Below, piece by piece: positions 61,501 to 64,000 of a stretch of 64,000 nucleotides of DNA (within the stretch, counting starts at the first letter, position 1; every line of letters starts with the position of its first letter). The notes below the pieces were generated by a model that worked only from the letters and a program-made list of their open reading frames with translations, was not told where the DNA came from and did no database searches. The stretch lies in sequence record PV112478.1. The stretch is one strand, 5' to 3'. The position numbers and the translations under genes are program-made.

Positions 61501-62417
61501 AAAGGGTTAATGGTGCCAGAGTTAATATCGATTAGATATTCATCGCCATTAGCGTTATAAACCTTGCCTTCTGTAATAATGTGTTTACCGGCACGAGAGG
61601 CATTGTTCACACCGGTGGCATTCCATTTTCCGTCACCGCCGTCACCAGCGGCATAAAAGCCACGGGTAGAAAAACTATTTACTGCGGCTGTTTGAGTTAA
61701 AATATCGATTGTACACGATACCCATTCTCCCAAACCGGTACTAATTTTATTTAGGTTGCTTTGAACTGTCCCGCCCCCAGTAACACCAATATTACTCGCG
61801 CCAGTAGGACCGGTATATGTTGCCAAGAAAGCTTCGTTGACCTTCTCAACGTCATCGGACCCAAAACAAATTGCTACTACGGTTTGATTGGCTTTAACTG
61901 GCGTGGCAAGTGTGAAAGTGAGACCCGAACTTTCAAAACCTACGTCTTTAAACTGACGCAAACCGTCCACGTAAACTTCCTGAACTGAGATATTCCCAGT
62001 CAGCGGAACAGTGAAGGTTTGCTCTCCACCATTACTCAGTCCACCGTTATAAACCCACTGAACAATCGCACCCTTATCCTTCAGAGCTTTATTCAACAGC
62101 GCGTAAGTACCGTAGGTGACTTGTTCGCTATTAGCATTCAACAACGGAGTTGCGCCGCCGGCACTATTAACCCAACCTTGAACATGTTCTTTAGTATCGT
62201 CAGTGTAAACAAAGAACACATCACCGGGAACCGTTGCCGAAACACCCGCCACAGTACTCAAGTAGGCGTTCTCAAACATGATACTTTCACGTAACGCACG
62301 GAGCGTTGTTTTATACGTGTCATTTTCTTCTTTAACTTGAGCAATGGGAATAAACCCATTCTCAGAGGCTACCGACAAAGCCGGTAATTCGGTAATCTTT
62401 AAGCTAGACTTATCCAT
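58503..62417 (-). CDS. Large tailspike: anchor, XD-like domain, beta-helix and C-terminal intramolecular chaperone (peptidase S74)
   Basis: WVYNGG..NGGE..VYVDGLRQ (XD-like), GASNIGV.GGGTVQ neck, SDRTYKDEI..HFGIVAQ..IRMEECL chaperone. Confidence 0.88.
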   Translation of the reverse strand: MDKSSLKITELPALSVASENGFIPIAQVKEENDTYKTTLRALRESIMFENAYLSTVAGVSATVPGDVFFVYTDDTKEHVQGWVNSAGGATPLLNANSEQVTYGTYALLNKALKDKGAIVQWVYNGGLSNGGEQTFTVPLTGNISVQEVYVDGLRQFKDVGFESSGLTFTLATPVKANQTVVAICFGSDDVEKVNEAFLATYTGPTGASNIGVTGGGTVQSNLNKISTGLGEWVSCTIDILTQTAAVNSFSTRGFYAAGDGGDGKWNATGVNNASRAGKHIITEGKVYNANGDEYLIDINSGTINPLANGAKAVTVAQATDKTTDDFVCLGQALNGIFYQLPLPVSPSNNYSTYTGYKNITVELPPNIYRIGKEAHSVYNQVTYNLNGATIFVYAGKSYSFSATGKRLNGFVHGYNEIKAKWEAIGKKAYWGSVSCQKVTVNGGTFYGDHVVEQLPVDCSSGVGILILNPEYITLKNVEIRNFNWCAVAVPAQLAETNYKTVYGNKFDDNVLDYQYVCDFLSETQSTRFGNFYGMNCENCRFYNGRRGVYRNSTDWSKFSGGIIANALAWQDMTKNVSGLIPDYLAVVTGTGFQCHGSYISASAAKNFNPGRAIVYTSARNHTFSALYTEWCYNNFMISAYTFSGNASRLQGLKIDMVSTYKDDFANYNQIVFESGCFGTISDNGQYTLPAGLQQFDLPNGQASYSINSPSRDLGAFRHTGFDFKYGPYNLYLLPGTDWESLRYRPYAKEMFNPYGLQINSGTVFIPWQNPSPRNTVCIWIKDLTGNFDPRQIVAWITAAAQEGSDKEAIYKSFAEKVIDYGNGYKMLQLYNKRLSAWDGIFTYGRNANIVITVPATTPIILKAIEAYHGGIPMFPGGCGNYFPESPATSVISTVSDYSGANGSLGGGLFYKGDMLAPWSQITLSQTGSLVTPSVTSGFGTQFRMIADGVTLESAFQTAFSATVTAVDGTAGFTTISVPAANLPYVAVGIPIWIVSGSSTGTTGSVKILKRVMNADGTASGNYVLYGVVGAVGDTLAIDQSNLSAYSFSNDWNGNTVTAKSVVVSGGTGVANAWRSIYATDVGYSGGVGVKYLNFYYNGGTTATGYIAATSASGITINAGGNLWTTGNFLPTTTATYTLGSASSTFKDVFSQNAVTVISDRTYKDEINSIADEVLDVWGTVKFSQWKLKTAIAEKGSANARVHFGIVAQDIKEAFEAAGMDATDYGILIYNRWDAKAAVPAVPAVLDKDGVELSPAIPEQPAVEEGEVWMIRMEECLALEAAYQRRETDRLREKLQSLVDALGHS

Positions 62418-62476
62418 TTTGGTACCTGTATAGTCTGGGTAAATAAGAGGGTATCTAGATCGTCATAAAAACACAA

Positions 62477-62500
62477 GAGTAGGGCCGATCGGCCCTACTC
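62477..62500 (-). terminator. Hairpin terminator
   Basis: Perfect palindrome GAGTAGGGCCGATCGGCCCTACTC. Confidence 0.65.
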
Positions 62501-62524
62501 GCTATGAACAACCTATAAAACAAT

Positions 62525-62719
62525 TCAACTACCGGAATCGTCTTCGCTAGTCCTGTCTTCTAAAAGAAAAGAACCATCCAGACCCTTTTCCGATAAGAAC
62601 CCAAGTGCGGCTTCCTGATAGTTTTCTACTTCTTCAAAGAAAACGATAGCCTCCCCCAAATCAATTCTGGAAAGAAAATAAACGTTCTCTCGCACAGTAT
62701 CCTTGTAGATATAAATCAT
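62525..62719 (-). CDS. 64-aa acidic protein coupled to tailspike
   Basis: TGATG overlap: ATG 62719-62717 overlaps the upstream stop. Confidence 0.6.
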   Translation of the reverse strand: MIYIYKDTVRENVYFLSRIDLGEAIVFFEEVENYQEAALGFLSEKGLDGSFLLEDRTSEDDSGS

Positions 62720-64000
62720 CACAAATACCCTAAAGTCGGATGTTGATCGGAAAACCAAACCGCGGGGAGCTTAACTTGAATAGTACCAACGAAACCAGTA
62801 AAGTTAAGTCCAGCGTACCCATACTGGGATGTCCCGGTATCGCAAGACAACATGTAAGTGCCCATGTAATTGTCTGCGGTAAGGGTGATACCTGTTTTTG
62901 TCAGCGAGTTTAAAATATCTTGCTGTGGACCTAGGGCATAGCCACTATAGTTTTCACTCATTGACACCACGTTAGTCGTGGCATTATTAGTAAAAGACTG
63001 AGATGAGACTAAACGACATACACCGCGTACGTAAACATTACCGGTAGTTGCGGAGCCAGCTTTGACCGAACAGGATACATGAAATTTCTGTTGGCTATTA
63101 CTGTTATTAATCGGCGTACCCCAGAGAAGGTTAACTGAGTTAGTTGTACTTGTGGCAGTGATTGTCACCGGGATCAAACCGTCAGAGTCTGCATCTGCTG
63201 CAGAACCGTAGACAATGGTTGAGCCGTTAGCAACTACGTACCATTGCCCAATCGCTCTGGCGGTCGGTAAGGCCGCACCCGCGGTACCATTAAATAATAA
63301 CCCGGTACTATTCAAAATGTAACCGTCTGTGGTATCGTAGGATGGCAGAAAACGATAGGTTTGTCCACGTAACGGGTAACGTATTCTGACTTTGATCAGG
63401 TTAGTGGGATCGTACGCCTTATAACTCCCATAAGCACTATTAACATGTGGGCCGTAACAGAAAATGTTTACGTTGTCAAGGTCGATAGCGGTGCGTGTAG
63501 TGGTCGCATAACCGATCGTTCTGACGCCGCGGTAAGGGTCGTTAACAAACGCGTACATGAAGATATTTCCGCCAATCATTTTAAAGTTATTTTCGCCAGC
63601 GCCAGTTGTACGAGATGGGCAGTTGACCAAATAGCGGAAACCTTCAACATGACATTCAATCAATGTATCTTGACCGATGTTCACTGGCGAATAAAAAACA
63701 ACATCATTTGTGTTATAGTCGAAACTACAACCAAAATATTTAAACATGTGGACAGTATCGTTTCGGTAAACCCCACCCAAATAGTTATCACCGATGAGGC
63801 AGTTAACAAAACGCATGTTCTCACCGGAGTTAACGCAGTTTGTACCGGCGTCAGTTACTACACCGTACGCGTTACGATAAAAATCACAATTCTCCACGAT
63901 ATCTAAATACGTATCGGTAGAACCTATCCTAATTCCACCGTAAAATTGCGCGACTTTTACACCCGTGATTTTTACTTCACGGACGTGAACATAACCACCA
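62719..64000 (-). CDS. Tailspike / depolymerase, C-terminal part (5' end outside window)
   Basis: Frame is open to 64000 (GGYVHVREVKITG...); beta-helix repeats NSGENMRFVNC, FGCSFDY. Confidence 0.85.
   Translation of the reverse strand, partial: GGYVHVREVKITGVKVAQFYGGIRIGSTDTYLDIVENCDFYRNAYGVVTDAGTNCVNSGENMRFVNCLIGDNYLGGVYRNDTVHMFKYFGCSFDYNTNDVVFYSPVNIGQDTLIECHVEGFRYLVNCPSRTTGAGENNFKMIGGNIFMYAFVNDPYRGVRTIGYATTTRTAIDLDNVNIFCYGPHVNSAYGSYKAYDPTNLIKVRIRYPLRGQTYRFLPSYDTTDGYILNSTGLLFNGTAGAALPTARAIGQWYVVANGSTIVYGSAADADSDGLIPVTITATSTTNSVNLLWGTPINNSNSQQKFHVSCSVKAGSATTGNVYVRGVCRLVSSQSFTNNATTNVVSMSENYSGYALGPQQDILNSLTKTGITLTADNYMGTYMLSCDTGTSQYGYAGLNFTGFVGTIQVKLPAVWFSDQHPTLGYL

Noticed and set aside
1-64000. 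tRNA/rRNA genes, CRISPR arrays, DGR or retron reverse transcriptase, integrase or transposase, stop-codon recoding
   Set aside because: No T-loop/CCA signatures, spaced direct repeats or RT/recombinase motifs were seen by eye. Intergenic gaps are short and genes tile fully under the standard code. tRNAscan, CRISPR finders and HMM scans were not run.

Overview
A 64-kb slice of a lytic jumbo-phage genome. Almost all of about 100 densely packed genes are on the minus strand. Eight copies of a TATATYAC-core promoter, an SspB homologue, an insertion-expanded ThyA and phiKZ-type tail-protein N-termini suggest a phiKZ-like (Chimalliviridae-type) phage. The tailspikes resemble Klebsiella capsule depolymerases, pointing to a Klebsiella or other enterobacterial host. 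Both assignments are inferences, since no chimallin, RNAP or capsid gene lies in the window. Contents: (1) nucleotide and NAD metabolism: partial Prs/Adps-like gene, DHFR, ThyA, dUTPase, PnuC, NadR; (2) ADP-ribose-related enzymes: two macrodomains, a NADAR-like protein, Tpt1/KptA; (3) long early operons of small hypothetical genes that include likely host-takeover or anti-defence factors: an AcrVA2/FinQ-like protein followed by two HTH paralogs, an orphan HigA fusion, SspB, two AAA+ ATPases; (4) six receptor-binding or depolymerase-like genes, one inverted and carrying a P22-type head-binding domain. No tRNA, rRNA, CRISPR array, integrase, transposase or reverse transcriptase was seen. All family calls come from motif recognition and remembered family sequences, not database searches, and need HMM or structure confirmation.
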